Source of the DNA: Nannocystis bainbridge
Lineage (GTDB): Bacteria > Myxococcota_A > Polyangia > Nannocystales > Nannocystaceae
Length of the DNA: 64,000 nucleotides
Direction: 5' to 3'
NCBI RefSeq assembly: GCF_028368995.1
Contig: NZ_JAQNDL010000001.1
Coordinates: forward strand, 3,072,001 to 3,136,000
How positions within the stretch are numbered: the first letter of the stretch is position 1; each line of letters starts with the position of its first letter. The notes beneath the pieces are model-generated. The model was not told where the DNA came from. It ran no database searches and saw only the letters and a program-made list of their open reading frames with translations. The translations under genes were made by a program, and so were the position numbers. Of the stretch, positions 18,328 through 29,048 are shown one piece after another.

Positions 18328-19503
18328 ATGCGCGAGTTGTTCGCCGTGGCCCTGCCCGGGCTGGAGCCGCTGGTCGCCGCCGAGCTCGACGCCCTCGGCC
18401 TCGGCCCCGGGAAGGTCGTGCCGGGCGGCGTCGGTTTTCGCGGCGACTGGGCGGCGCTGATCGCCGCCAACCTGCACTTAAGGACAGCCACCCGCGTGCT
18501 CGTGCGCCTGGCCGAGTTCCCGGCCCACAGCTTCGCCCTGCTGTCCAAGCGGATGACCGACATCGCCTGGGAGGACCTGTTTCCCCCGCACGCGCCGGTG
18601 CGCCTGGCCGTGCGCGCCACCGCCCACAAGTCGCGCCTCTACCACACCGGCGCGATCGCCGAGCGCGTCCACCTCGCCGTCGCCGCGCGCCTCGGCGCCC
18701 ACGTCGAGCTCGCGCACCCCCACGACGACGGCGAGGATGACCCCGAGGCCAGCTCGACCCATTCGACCGTGCTGCTGGTGATCCGCCTCGAGCGCGACCG
18801 CTGCACCGTCAGCGTCGACAGCTCCGGCGACCCGCTGCACCGCCGCGGCTACCGGCTCGCCACCGCCAAGGCCCCGCTGCGCCCGACCCTCGCCGCCGCC
18901 TTGCTCGCCGCCGTCGGCTGGCGCCCCGGCGAGCCGCTGCTCGACCCGTTCTGCGGCTCCGGCACGATCGCCATCGAGGCCGCCCTCATCGCCCACGGCA
19001 AGCCCGCCGGGGCCCTGCGCGACTTCTCGTGCGCCCGCTGGCCCGCCCTCGCCGCCGCCTACCCGGCCCTGCGCAAGGCCGCCGCGAGCCTGACCCAAGA
19101 GCCATGTCCCTACGCGCCGATCGTCGCCTCCGATCGCGACGAGGGCGCCGTCGCGGCCGCGCGCGCCAACGCCCAGCGCGCCGGGGTCGACGGCGCGATC
19201 GCCTTCGCCGTGCGCCCGTTCGCCGCCTGCGAGCCGTTCAGCGCCCGCGGCCTGCTGCTCACCAACCCGCCCTACGGCCTCCGGGTCGGCCGCGCCCGGA
19301 CCTTGCGCGACCTCTACGCCCACATCGGACACGTCCTTCGGGACAGGTTCCCCGCCTGGCGCGCCGCGCTGCTGTGTCCGCCGGACCTGCGGGTCACCGT
19401 CGGCGTCGCCCTGCGCCCTGTGCTGAGCACGCGGACTGGCGGGCTCGCGGTCGAGCTCGCGCTGGCCGAGCAGACGCGGGCCGACGTCCGGGCGCGCGGC
19501 TGA
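18328..19503 (+). CDS. THUMP-domain RNA methyltransferase (RlmL-like)
   Basis: DSSG..LHRRGYR, APLR.TLAA, DPFCGSGTI.IEAA, TNPPYG. Confidence 0.88.
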   Translation: MRELFAVALPGLEPLVAAELDALGLGPGKVVPGGVGFRGDWAALIAANLHLRTATRVLVRLAEFPAHSFALLSKRMTDIAWEDLFPPHAPVRLAVRATAHKSRLYHTGAIAERVHLAVAARLGAHVELAHPHDDGEDDPEASSTHSTVLLVIRLERDRCTVSVDSSGDPLHRRGYRLATAKAPLRPTLAAALLAAVGWRPGEPLLDPFCGSGTIAIEAALIAHGKPAGALRDFSCARWPALAAAYPALRKAAASLTQEPCPYAPIVASDRDEGAVAAARANAQRAGVDGAIAFAVRPFAACEPFSARGLLLTNPPYGLRVGRARTLRDLYAHIGHVLRDRFPAWRAALLCPPDLRVTVGVALRPVLSTRTGGLAVELALAEQTRADVRARG

Positions 19504-19533
19504 GGCTCGCGGCGCGCGTGGTACCCTCGGCGG

Positions 19534-20514
19534 GTGTTCACGCTGCACGCCTTTCACCCGACGCGCGGCCACTGGAACGAGACCGAGCTCGGGGCCCTGA
19601 CGCGGCTGCTCGCGGACCCCGAGATCACGCTCTGGCTCGACCTCCAGGACCCGACCGACGACGAGGCGCGCGTGCTCGCCGACGTGTTCCATTTCCATCC
19701 GCTGGCCATCGAGGACATGCTCCACGACTACGGCCACCCCAAGCTCGACGTCTACGACGACTACGTGTTTCTCATCGTCCACGGCGTCGACTTTCACAGC
19801 CTCGACCTCGACACCGGCTTCGTCGTCAACACCCTCGAGCTCGACATCTTCGCCGGCCCGCGCTACGTCGTCACCCACCACGCGGACAACACCTTGCGCT
19901 CGGTCAGCGAGCTCCACCGTGACGTGTGCGACCCCTGTCATCGCCCGTGGATCAGCGTGCGCGTGCTGCACCGCCTGCTCGACCGGCTCGTCGACAATTA
20001 CTTGCCGGTCATGGACAAGATCGGCGCCCGGCTCGACGTGCTCGAGGACCTCATCATCCACCGGCCCGAGCCGGAGCAGCTCGAGCTCGTGCTCGACGCC
20101 AAGAAGACGATCAACCGCCTGCGCCGGATCACCGGTCACCAGCGACTGATCTTGGAGTCGCTCGCGCGCGGCCACATCGACCTCATCCCGCGCGACAGCA
20201 TCGCCTTCTTCCGCGACATCTACGACCACTTCGTGCGCGTCGCCGACATCTCCGAGGCCAACCGCGAGGGCGTGCAGGCGGCGGTCGAGGCCTATCTCTC
20301 GGTCTCGGCCAACAAGACCAACGAGATCATGAAGGTCCTGACCCAGATCTCGACCGTCATGCTGCCCCTGACCTTCATCGCCGGCATCTACGGCATGAAT
20401 TTCGACATCATGCCGGAGCTGCGGTGGACCATGGGATATCCTTTCGCCCTCGGCCTGATGGCGCTGACTGCTGCCGGGCTCATCGTCTGGTTCCGGCGGC
20501 GGCACTGGCTGTGA
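19534..20514 (+). CDS. corA: Magnesium transporter CorA family
   Basis: HPLAIED, N..MKVLT, PLTFIAGIYGMNF (GMN motif), MPEL, two C-terminal TMs. Confidence 0.95.
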   Translation: MFTLHAFHPTRGHWNETELGALTRLLADPEITLWLDLQDPTDDEARVLADVFHFHPLAIEDMLHDYGHPKLDVYDDYVFLIVHGVDFHSLDLDTGFVVNTLELDIFAGPRYVVTHHADNTLRSVSELHRDVCDPCHRPWISVRVLHRLLDRLVDNYLPVMDKIGARLDVLEDLIIHRPEPEQLELVLDAKKTINRLRRITGHQRLILESLARGHIDLIPRDSIAFFRDIYDHFVRVADISEANREGVQAAVEAYLSVSANKTNEIMKVLTQISTVMLPLTFIAGIYGMNFDIMPELRWTMGYPFALGLMALTAAGLIVWFRRRHWL

Positions 20515-20614
20515 TGCGAGCCCTGCTGCGTGGACGGGCCCGGAGGTGGCCATCCTGCCGCGATGTTGATCTCGCCACCCGGGCGGTGGTACATGACCGG
20601 AGGGAGGGCCCTGT

Positions 20615-21877
20615 ATGGTCTTCGAGCCGCGTCTTCGTGAACTCACTCGAACCGCGCTGACCCTCGTGTTGGCCGGTGGGCGTGGCAGTCGCCTCGCCGC
20701 TCTCACCGATCGCCGGGCCAAGCCGGCCGTCTACTTCGGCGGCAAGTTCCGCATCATCGACTTCGCGCTGTCGAACGCGATCAACTCGGGGTTCCGCAAG
20801 ATCTCCGTGCTGACGCAGTACAAGTCGCACAGCCTCCTGCGCCACTTGCAGCGCGGCTGGAGCTTCCTGCGCGGCGAGATGGACGAGTTCGTCGACCTCC
20901 TCCCGGCCCAGCAGCGGCTCAACGAGGAGGACTGGTACCGCGGCACGGCCGACGCCGTGTGGCAGAACCTCGACATCTTCCAGAGCCTGCAGCCGTCGCA
21001 CGTCATCGTCCTCGCCGGAGATCACATCTACAAGATGGACTACGGCAAGATGCTCTGGCAGCACGTGACCCGCGGCGCCGACGTCACGGTCGCCTGCTTC
21101 GAGGTCCCGCGCAAGGAGGCCAGCGCGTTCGGGGTCATGGCGGTCGACCCTGGCGGTCGCGTGGTCCGCTTCGTCGAGAAGCCGGCCGACCCGCCGCCCA
21201 TCGTCGGCAACCCCGAGATGTCGCTGGCGAGCATGGGCATCTACGTGTTCAACGGCAACTTCCTGTTCGACCAGCTGCGGCGCGACGCCGAGGATCCGAA
21301 CTCGAACCACGACTTCGGCAAGGACATCATCCCGTACCTCGTGCAGGGCCGGGCCAGCGTGTTCGCGCACCGCTTCCAGGAGAGCTGCGTCGTCAGCGAG
21401 TCGGGCGGCTCGCCGTACTGGCGGGACGTCGGCACCGTCGATGCCTACTGGGAGGCCAACATCGACCTCACCAACATCATCCCGCCGTTCGACCTCTACG
21501 ACCCGCAGTGGCGGATCTGGACCTACCAGGAGCAGCTCCCGCCGGCCAAGTTCGTCCACGACGAGGACAACCGGCGCGGCCACTGCCTCGGCAGCATGGT
21601 CTCGGGCGGGTGCATCATCTCCGGCTCGCTCGTGAAGCGCAGCCTCCTGTTCTCCAACGTCCGCTGTCACTCCTACTCGCGGCTCGAGGGCGCCGTGATC
21701 TTGCCCGACGTCGTGGTGAACCGCAGCGCGCGGCTCAGCAAGGTCGTCGTCGACCGCGGCGTCGAGATCCCCGAGGGCCTGGTGGTCGGCGAGGATCCGG
21801 AGGAGGACGCGCGTCGGTTCCACCGCACCGCCGGCGGCGTCACCCTGATCACGCGTGAGATGATCGACCGCCTGTAG
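20615..21877 (+). CDS. glgC: Glucose-1-phosphate adenylyltransferase
   Basis: [52 protein letters not shown]. Confidence 0.97.
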   Translation: MVFEPRLRELTRTALTLVLAGGRGSRLAALTDRRAKPAVYFGGKFRIIDFALSNAINSGFRKISVLTQYKSHSLLRHLQRGWSFLRGEMDEFVDLLPAQQRLNEEDWYRGTADAVWQNLDIFQSLQPSHVIVLAGDHIYKMDYGKMLWQHVTRGADVTVACFEVPRKEASAFGVMAVDPGGRVVRFVEKPADPPPIVGNPEMSLASMGIYVFNGNFLFDQLRRDAEDPNSNHDFGKDIIPYLVQGRASVFAHRFQESCVVSESGGSPYWRDVGTVDAYWEANIDLTNIIPPFDLYDPQWRIWTYQEQLPPAKFVHDEDNRRGHCLGSMVSGGCIISGSLVKRSLLFSNVRCHSYSRLEGAVILPDVVVNRSARLSKVVVDRGVEIPEGLVVGEDPEEDARRFHRTAGGVTLITREMIDRL

Positions 21878-21894
21878 CGCCCCCGGGTTTTCAC

Positions 21895-23343
21895 ATGCGC
21901 GTCCTGTTCGTCGCCTCCGAAGTCTATCCCCTGGTCAAGACCGGCGGCCTGGCCGACGTCGTCGGCGCCTTGCCGCTCGCGCTCGCCGAGCTCGGCGTCG
22001 ACGTGCGCGTCCTCGTGCCCGGCTACCCCAAGGTCTTGGCCGGCCTGCAGACGCGCGGCCGCGAGGTCGACCTGCACGGCCTCGTCGGCGGCGGTCCGGC
22101 CAAGCTGATGTACGGCCGCGTCGGTCGGCTCGAGCTGCTCGTGCTCGACGCCCCTCACCTGTACAATCGGCCAGGTAACCCCTACGTCGACGAGCACGGG
22201 CGCGACTTCGGCGACAACCACCTGCGCTTCGGCGCCCTGTGCGACGCCGCCGTGTGGCTCGCCGGGCCCGAGGGCGGCCAGCGCTGGCGGCCCGACCTGA
22301 TCCACGGCCACGACTGGCAGGCCGGCCTCGTGCCCGCCTACGTCGCCATGATGCCGCCGCAGCAGCGCGTGGCCACCGTCACCACCATCCACAACCTCGC
22401 CTACCAGGGCGTGTTCCGCTCCGAGGCCATGGGCGCGCTGCGGCTGCCCGCCTCGATGTTCGACATCCACGGCGTCGAGTTCCACGGCCACCTCGGCTTC
22501 CTCAAGGCCGGCCTCTGGTACAGCGACAAGATCACCACCGTCAGCCCGACCTACGCCAGCCAGATCCAGACCGAGACCTACGGCCACGGTCTCCACGGCC
22601 TGCTGCGGCGGCGCGACGCCGACCTCTACGGGATCCTCAACGGCATCGACACCGCGGTCTGGGACCCGGCCACCGACGCCCACCTGCCCGCGCCGTACAG
22701 CGTCGACGACCTCGCCGGCAAGCGCCACGGCAAGCGCGCGCTGCAGCTCGAGCTCGGCCTCCACCCTGACCCCGACGCGCCGCTGTTCGTGGTCGTCAGC
22801 CGGCTCGTGACCATGAAGGGCCTCGACCTGCTGCTCAGCGCCGGCCGCTCGATCCTCGAGCGCGGCGGCCAGCTCGCCGTCCTCGGCTCCGGCGAGGAGC
22901 GCCTCGTCGAGGGCTTCCAGCAGGCCGCGCGCCTCAACCCCGGCCGCGTCGCCTACCGCGGCGGCTACGACGAGCCGCTCGCCCACCGCATGCAGGCCGG
23001 CGGCGACGCCATCATCATCCCCTCGCGCACCGAGCCGTGCGGCCTCACCCAGCTGTACGGCCTGCGCTACGGCACCGTCCCGGTCGTGCGCCGGACCGGC
23101 GGCCTGGCCGACAGCGTCGTCGACACCACCCCCGAGAGCCTGAGCGCCGGCCAGGCCACCGGCGTCCTGTTCAACGACATCGACGCCTCCGCCCTCGCCT
23201 GGGCCCTCGGCCGCACGATCGCGCTCTACCACAACCGCCCGGTGTGGCAGCAGATCGTCCGCAACGGCATGCAGCAGGACTTCAGCTGGCGCCGCAGCGC
23301 CGCCCGCTACCTCGACCTCTACCGCCGGGCCCTCAGCCGCTGA
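21895..23343 (+). CDS. glgA: Glycogen synthase
   Basis: KTGGLADV, HGHDWQ, TIHNLAYQG, PSR.EPCGLTQL, TGGLAD. Confidence 0.97.
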   Translation: MRVLFVASEVYPLVKTGGLADVVGALPLALAELGVDVRVLVPGYPKVLAGLQTRGREVDLHGLVGGGPAKLMYGRVGRLELLVLDAPHLYNRPGNPYVDEHGRDFGDNHLRFGALCDAAVWLAGPEGGQRWRPDLIHGHDWQAGLVPAYVAMMPPQQRVATVTTIHNLAYQGVFRSEAMGALRLPASMFDIHGVEFHGHLGFLKAGLWYSDKITTVSPTYASQIQTETYGHGLHGLLRRRDADLYGILNGIDTAVWDPATDAHLPAPYSVDDLAGKRHGKRALQLELGLHPDPDAPLFVVVSRLVTMKGLDLLLSAGRSILERGGQLAVLGSGEERLVEGFQQAARLNPGRVAYRGGYDEPLAHRMQAGGDAIIIPSRTEPCGLTQLYGLRYGTVPVVRRTGGLADSVVDTTPESLSAGQATGVLFNDIDASALAWALGRTIALYHNRPVWQQIVRNGMQQDFSWRRSAARYLDLYRRALSR

Positions 23344-23354
23344 GCGGGCGGGCC

Positions 23355-23424
23355 TGTCTGATGCGACATGCTCTCTCGAGCATGTCCGAGCGGCCATGCT
23401 CCATCGAGCATGTCTGAATAGACA
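23355..23424. repeat. Array of five 14-bp palindromic units
   Basis: TGTCT-gatg-CGACA, TGCTC-tctc-GAGCA, TGTCC-gagc-GGCCA, TGCTC-catc-GAGCA, TGTCT-gaat-AGACA in exact register. Confidence 0.9.
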
Positions 23425-23494
23425 TGTCCGGATCGGCGACTGGGGCGCCGCTCCCGCGGCTGCAAGCGGCCCGCGGTTCGGCTATCCTGCGCGC

Positions 23495-23716
23495 GTGGCC
23501 GAACTCCAGCTCGACCCCGAGGCGCTGCAGGACCTGATCGACGCCCGCATGCCGTTCGGCAAGTACCAGGGCCTCGCGCTGCTCGACCTGCCCGAGCCGT
23601 ACCTGGTGTGGTTCTCGCGCCAGGGCTTCCCGTCGAGCAAGCTCGGCCGCCAGCTCGCGCTCACCCTCGAGATCAAGATCAACGGCCTCGAGCGCATGCT
23701 GAAGCCGCTGCGCTGA
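23495..23716 (+). CDS. DUF3820 family protein
   Basis: MPFGKY.G..L.DLPEPYLVWF...GFP...LG......EIK.NGLE. Confidence 0.85.
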   Translation: MAELQLDPEALQDLIDARMPFGKYQGLALLDLPEPYLVWFSRQGFPSSKLGRQLALTLEIKINGLERMLKPLR

Positions 23717-23807
23717 AGCCTGTCCCCTCCGCGCGCCTGCGCTGCGGCAGAGACGAGCGGGCGGGCCGCTGACGCCTGTCCCTTCCGCCAGGTTCACTGC
23801 GCGCCTC

Positions 23808-24179
23808 TCAGCGCCCTGCGTCTTCCAACTCGTCGAGCCAGGCCAGCGCCTCGGCCTCGGCGGAGAACGAGCGGAAATCGCGGGCTCCGCCGGCCAGGCG
23901 GATCATCACGTTGATCGCCGCGCGCACGATCGGGTTCGTCACCACCGCGGCGATGGCGAGGTAGTTGCCCTGCGTCGTCGGGAAGTACTTGCGCGCGTCC
24001 GGGGCGTACTCGATCCCCTTCTCCGTCAACAGCAGCACGCGCCAGCGGTGGTTCGGCCCGCCCGGCCCGACCAGGGCCCCGAACGCCTCGGCGTCCGACA
24101 GCGCCACGTGGCCGCTGGAGTGGATGATGAGCAGCGGCGCGCCCTTGGGTGTGCGGGCCTCTTCGAAGCGGAGCGGCAT
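23808..24179 (-). CDS. Small STAS/SEC14-like hypothetical protein
   Basis: AAVVTNPIVRAAIN...F.AEAEALAWL ending typical of this family; ATG at 24179. Confidence 0.6.
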   Translation of the reverse strand: MPLRFEEARTPKGAPLLIIHSSGHVALSDAEAFGALVGPGGPNHRWRVLLLTEKGIEYAPDARKYFPTTQGNYLAIAAVVTNPIVRAAINVMIRLAGGARDFRSFSAEAEALAWLDELEDAGR

Positions 24180-24469
24180 GACGACCGAGATCGTCCTGAG
24201 GGTAGACCGGCGCGCGCGGGAGTCAACGCTCCGCAAGTGTATGCCGGCGACGCCACCGCCGCGCCCCGGATGGCCCTCGCCGCGGGCGCCAAAACCGCCG
24301 TCCTGGCTATTGACTGCCCGCCCTTTACGACATGTCTCATAAAACATGTTCAAAGGACCAGGACGATGCCGCTCGCCGCCGCGCCCGAGCCTGCCCGCAC
24401 GCGTGCTACCCTCCGCCTTCCGCCCATGCCTCCCGCGCTCGCCATGCCGCGTCATCTCCTCGAGGTCGC

Positions 24470-25330
24470 ATGACCGGCGCCCGCCAGCTCGCCGAGCTCG
24501 CCCGCGCCGACACCAAGTGGACCGCGATCGAGGCCATCTGCGAGGGTCCCGCCGACGACCTGCTCGCTGCGGCGCGGACCCAGTTCGCGACCACCCCGAA
24601 TCGCCGCGCCGACCTGATCGCGCTGCTCCGGCGGCTACCCGGTGGCCCGGCCGAACAGCTGCTCGTCGAGTGGCTCGACGATGCTTTTTCCACCCAACAC
24701 GCCGCGGTCCTCCGCGTCCTGGCCGAGCGCCGGGCCAGCGTGCCGAGCGCGATCCTGGAGCGCATCCTCGCCGCCGCCACGCCGCGCACACCGAAGGCCG
24801 CGGCAAAAATCGCTGAAAAAACCCGCCGCGATTTCGAGCAATTGCTCGCGGCCGTCGGCTGCCTCGGCGACGCCTCGATCGCGCCGCTCGTCGCCCGTCA
24901 CCTCGACGCCCACCCCGCCACCGCGGCGCTCGCCCTCGGCCGCCTCGGCGCGCGCGATCACATCCCCGCGCTGCTCGACCGTCTCCCGCGGGTCGAAGCC
25001 GCAGCGCAGTCCGCCATCGTCGCCGCCTTCGAGCTGCTGGACGACGCCTCCGTCGCGCCCGCCTTGCTCGCGTGGCTGCGCGCGAGCGCTGGTTCGACGA
25101 GGCGCTGCGATCCAGATGACCGCAAACACATGCTCCATCGGACATGCTCCATCGAGCATGTCCGAAAAGTCATCTCTCTCGTTCACCCCGTCCGCGCGCG
25201 CAGGATCTCCAGCCATTTGCGCCCGCTCATCGCCAGGATCGCCACCACGCACGCCAGCAGCGTCCCCGTCACGATCGTGTTGACGATCCCCATCGTCGCC
25301 GTCGCCGGGTCGCGGGTCATCGGCACGTAG
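24470..25330 (+). pseudogene. HEAT-repeat-like protein, probably truncated near 25100
   Basis: Helical repeats (AALALGRLG, LGDASI.PL); the frame then runs through a 14-bp array and overlaps the convergent cstA end by ~148 bp. Confidence 0.5.
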
Positions 25331-27252
25331 ACCTCGACCAGCGAGCGGAACCCGGCCGTCAGGGTCGTCGTGCCGACGAACAGCAGCGGCCCGAGGGTCA
25401 CCCACGCGTAGGCCGGGCGGCGGCCCTCCTTGAGCACGATCGTCGTCCCGACCGCCAGCGCCACCGCGGCCAGCAGCTGGTTGGCGATGCCGAACATCGG
25501 CCAGATCGTGGCGATCGATCCGGTCAGGATGAAGTAGCTCCACCCGGCCACGATCACCAGCGACGACAGCACCGCCCCCGGCGGCCACGACGGATCGCCG
25601 AGCTTGCGGTGGAACCGCCCCATGAACTCCTGCAGCAGGAACCGGCCCACCCGCGTCCCCGTGTCGATCGTCGTCAGGATGAACAACGCCTCGAACATGA
25701 TGGCGAAGTGGTACCAATAGTCGAGCAGCGCGCGCATGCCGGGCAGGCCCGAGAACACCCGCGCCATCCCGACCGCCAGCGACACTGCCCCGCCCGTGCG
25801 TGCCGCGATCACCTCGTCGGTCGCCTCCGCCAGCTTCGGCAGGTCCTCGACCTTCACCCCGAGGCGCTTGAAGTCACCCGTGCTCAGCTCCGACGCGTGC
25901 AGCGAGCCCGCTTCGGCGTGGTAGCCCAATGCTGCGAGTGACCCATTGGAAAGCCGCAGCACCTCCGACAGCTTCAGCGAGCGCTCCGCCGCCGCCGTCG
26001 CCGACTGCCCCTCTGCCAACCCGAGCCGTCGGCGATCGTCCGCCGTCATCACCGGGTCGAGCGCCGCCAGGGCCTCGCGCGTCGGCGCCAGCCCGCCCTT
26101 CGCGTCGGCGACCACCGCGATCTTCGGGTCGGTGTTGATCGCGAAGTAATCGGCGGGTGGCAGCGCCGTCGCGGCCAGCAGCGCCGTGATCCCGACCAGC
26201 CCCTCCATCAGCATCGCCCCGTAGCCGATCGGCCGGATGTCGGACTCCTTGTCGACCATCTTCGGCGTCGTGCCCGAGGCGATCAGCGCGTGGAAGCCCG
26301 AGATCGCCCCGCAGGCGATGGTGATGAACACGAACGGGAACAGCGACCCGCGGACCACCGCCGGGAACACCTCGCCGTCGACCGCGATCGTGCCCGCCCC
26401 GACCGTGTTCAGCAGCGGCATCTCGATCACCGGGTTGACCAGCACGATCCCCAGGACGAGCAGCGCGATCGTCCCGATCTTCATGTACGACGACAGATAG
26501 TCGCGCGGGCACAGCAGCATCCACACCGGCAGCACGCTGGCGACGAACCCATAGGCCGCGATCAGCAGCGTGATCGTCGTCTCCGACAATTGCAGCAGCT
26601 GGCCCAGGCTCGAGTCCTGGACCTGCTTGCCGAACACCACACACAGTAATAATAACAGCACCCCGACCGCGGTCGCCTCGCGCACGCCCTGGGCGCTGCC
26701 GCGGCGCACCTTGTAGATATAGAGGCCCATCGCCAGCGCGATCGGGATCGACGCGCCGATCGTGAACACTCCCCACGCGCTCTCGGCCAGCGCGCCGACG
26801 ACCACCCGGCCGAGGCCGGCGAGGGCGATGACGACGATGAAGAGGATCGCCACGCCCGCGACCGCGCCGACGCCGGGTCCGAGCTCGTCGCGGGCGATCT
26901 CCGCCAGCGAGCGGCCGCCGCGGCGCACCGAGGCCGTCAGCATCACCAGGTCGTGGACCGCCCCGCCGAGCACCACGCCGATCAAGATCCACGAGTAACC
27001 GGGCAAAAAGCCGAACTGGGCCGCCAGCACCGGGCCGACCAGGGGACCGGCGCCGGTGATGGCCGCGAAGTGGTGGCCGAACAGCACCCAGCGCGACGTC
27101 GGGTGGTAGTTCTGGCCGTCGTTGCGCACGTGCGCCGGCGTGATGCGGGCGTCGTCGAGCGCCAGCACCTTCGCCGCCAGGAACGCCGAGTAGTAGCGGT
27201 AGGCGATCGCCAGCACCGCCAGAGCCAGGATCATGAACCACAGCGCGTGCAT
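25183..27252 (-). CDS. cstA: Carbon starvation protein A (peptide/pyruvate transporter family)
   Basis: [62 protein letters not shown]. Confidence 0.95.
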   Translation of the reverse strand: MHALWFMILALAVLAIAYRYYSAFLAAKVLALDDARITPAHVRNDGQNYHPTSRWVLFGHHFAAITGAGPLVGPVLAAQFGFLPGYSWILIGVVLGGAVHDLVMLTASVRRGGRSLAEIARDELGPGVGAVAGVAILFIVVIALAGLGRVVVGALAESAWGVFTIGASIPIALAMGLYIYKVRRGSAQGVREATAVGVLLLLLCVVFGKQVQDSSLGQLLQLSETTITLLIAAYGFVASVLPVWMLLCPRDYLSSYMKIGTIALLVLGIVLVNPVIEMPLLNTVGAGTIAVDGEVFPAVVRGSLFPFVFITIACGAISGFHALIASGTTPKMVDKESDIRPIGYGAMLMEGLVGITALLAATALPPADYFAINTDPKIAVVADAKGGLAPTREALAALDPVMTADDRRRLGLAEGQSATAAAERSLKLSEVLRLSNGSLAALGYHAEAGSLHASELSTGDFKRLGVKVEDLPKLAEATDEVIAARTGGAVSLAVGMARVFSGLPGMRALLDYWYHFAIMFEALFILTTIDTGTRVGRFLLQEFMGRFHRKLGDPSWPPGAVLSSLVIVAGWSYFILTGSIATIWPMFGIANQLLAAVALAVGTTIVLKEGRRPAYAWVTLGPLLFVGTTTLTAGFRSLVEVYVPMTRDPATATMGIVNTIVTGTLLACVVAILAMSGRKWLEILRARTG

Positions 27253-27300
27253 GGACGGGGCGACAGGCTACCACGCCCCGCACCCGCCGCGCCGACCGGC

Positions 27301-28104
27301 TCAGGCGCGGCGCTTGTGGGCCGACGCGAGGGCGTGCGCCACCCCGGCCTTGAGGTCACCGAGCACGACCACCTGGCCGAAATCCACGCCCAGCCGCACG
27401 ATCGCCTGCGCCACCGTCGGGCCCACGCCCGTCACCACCGCCGCCGCCCCGAGCAGGCGCACGCCCGCGGCCGCCCGCGCCAGCGCCTCGATCGCCGTGG
27501 TGTCCATGCGCCGCACGCCGGTGACATCGAGGATCGCCGTGTGGGCGCGGTACTGCGTCACCCCTGTCAGCAGCGTCTCGGACATCTGCGCCGCCCGCTG
27601 GGCGTCGAGCTTGCCGATCAGCGGCATCACCAGCACGCCGTCGGCCACCGGCAGCAGCGGCGTCGCCATCTCGAGCGTCGCCTCGAGCTGCGCCTGCGCC
27701 TCGGCGTCCTCGGCGTTCTTCCTGGTGGTCACGTCCTCGAACCACCCGATCACGCCGGCGATCGCCCCGCTGGGGTCGCGCAGCGGGATGCGGTGGCGAT
27801 CGATCCAGATCGTGCTGCCGCCCTCTCCGGGGAACGGCAGGCGCACGTAGAGCCGCTGCTGGCCTGACTGGATCACGTCGAGGTCGTCGGCCCGGTACGA
27901 GGCGGCGTCGTCTCGCCACCACAGGTCCGTGTCGCTGAGCCCCACCAGGTCATCCGGTGAAGCGAAGCCGCACAACTTCGCCATCGCCTGATTGCCGCCG
28001 AGGTAGCGCGAGTCGAGGTCCTTCCAGAAGACGGCCCACGGCAACGAGTCGACCACTGCCTTGAACTGCGCCAGCTGCCCTGCGAGATCGAGACCCTGAG
28101 TCAT
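27301..28104 (-). CDS. PAS + STAS domain protein (RsbR-like)
   Basis: VFWKD...RYLGGN PAS; TPLLPV..GVLVMPLIG.LD, ILDVTGV, TGV.P.VA STAS. Confidence 0.88.
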   Translation of the reverse strand: MTQGLDLAGQLAQFKAVVDSLPWAVFWKDLDSRYLGGNQAMAKLCGFASPDDLVGLSDTDLWWRDDAASYRADDLDVIQSGQQRLYVRLPFPGEGGSTIWIDRHRIPLRDPSGAIAGVIGWFEDVTTRKNAEDAEAQAQLEATLEMATPLLPVADGVLVMPLIGKLDAQRAAQMSETLLTGVTQYRAHTAILDVTGVRRMDTTAIEALARAAAGVRLLGAAAVVTGVGPTVAQAIVRLGVDFGQVVVLGDLKAGVAHALASAHKRRA

Positions 28105-28148
28105 GCGCGGCGACCGTATCACGCCGCAAAACGGCGTAAAGGGGGTCC

Positions 28149-29048
28149 TCAGACGGCGCGTGCGGCCGACGGAGACGCCTGCGTCGTCGGGAACGCATGC
28201 TCCAGAGCGGCGAGGTCGTCGTGCGAGAGTGTGAGCGCCCCGGCCGCCGCGCTGTCGATGGCGCTGGGGATCTTGCTCGCGCCCGGGATGGGGATGACGA
28301 CCGGCGAGCGGGCCACGAGCCACGCGAGGGCGATCTGGAACGGGGACACGCCGTGGTCGGCGGCGACGCGGCGCAACGTCGGATCCTCGGCGACACGGTG
28401 CTTGCCGCGGGAGCCACCGACCGGGCTGTAGGCGAGGTAGGCGATCTTCTCCGCCTCGCACAGCGAGATCACTCCGTTGCCGAAGTCGCGGCGGTCGAAC
28501 ACGCTGCAGCGATTCTGCACGCTGACGATCGGCGCGACCTGCTGGGCCCGGCGGATCTGCGCGGCTGTCACATTGGAGAGGCCGATGTGCACGATCTTGC
28601 CGGCGCGGCGCAGCTCCGCCAGAGCGCCGACGCTGTCCTCGAGCGGGACCGCGTCGTCGACCGAGTGCAGCTGATAGAGCGTGATCGCCGGGACCTTGAG
28701 CGCCTTGAGGCTGGCCTCGCAGGCGGCCTTGAGGCGGCGCGGGTGGGCGTCGGTGACCCATGCGCCGCCGGGTCGGGTCAGCCCGCCCTTGGTCGCCACC
28801 ACCACCGACTCCGGGTCTTGCCACTGCTCGAGCGCCGCCTCGATCAGCTTCTCGTTGTGCCCGATCTCCGCCTGGTCGAGGCAGTACACGTCGGCCGTGT
28901 CGATGAGCGTCACGCCGGCTCGCAGCGACGCGTGGATCACCTTGATCGCCTCCGACTTGGCCGGCCTCCCTTCGAGCGAGAGCGGCATGCCGCCGAGACC
29001 GATAGAGGACACTTGAAGGCCGGTGGAGCCGAGCGGTCGGAGGTTCAT
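28149..29048 (-). CDS. Aldo/keto reductase
   Basis: IGLGGM, IDTADVY, VATKGG, LYQLH, IGLSN, AYSPVGG, PIPG. Confidence 0.93.
   Translation of the reverse strand: MNLRPLGSTGLQVSSIGLGGMPLSLEGRPAKSEAIKVIHASLRAGVTLIDTADVYCLDQAEIGHNEKLIEAALEQWQDPESVVVATKGGLTRPGGAWVTDAHPRRLKAACEASLKALKVPAITLYQLHSVDDAVPLEDSVGALAELRRAGKIVHIGLSNVTAAQIRRAQQVAPIVSVQNRCSVFDRRDFGNGVISLCEAEKIAYLAYSPVGGSRGKHRVAEDPTLRRVAADHGVSPFQIALAWLVARSPVVIPIPGASKIPSAIDSAAAGALTLSHDDLAALEHAFPTTQASPSAARAV

Noticed and set aside
20615-23343. Glycogen genes and cyanophycin genes as one storage island
   Set aside because: They are ~28 kb apart with unrelated genes between; no shared regulatory signal specific to them was seen.
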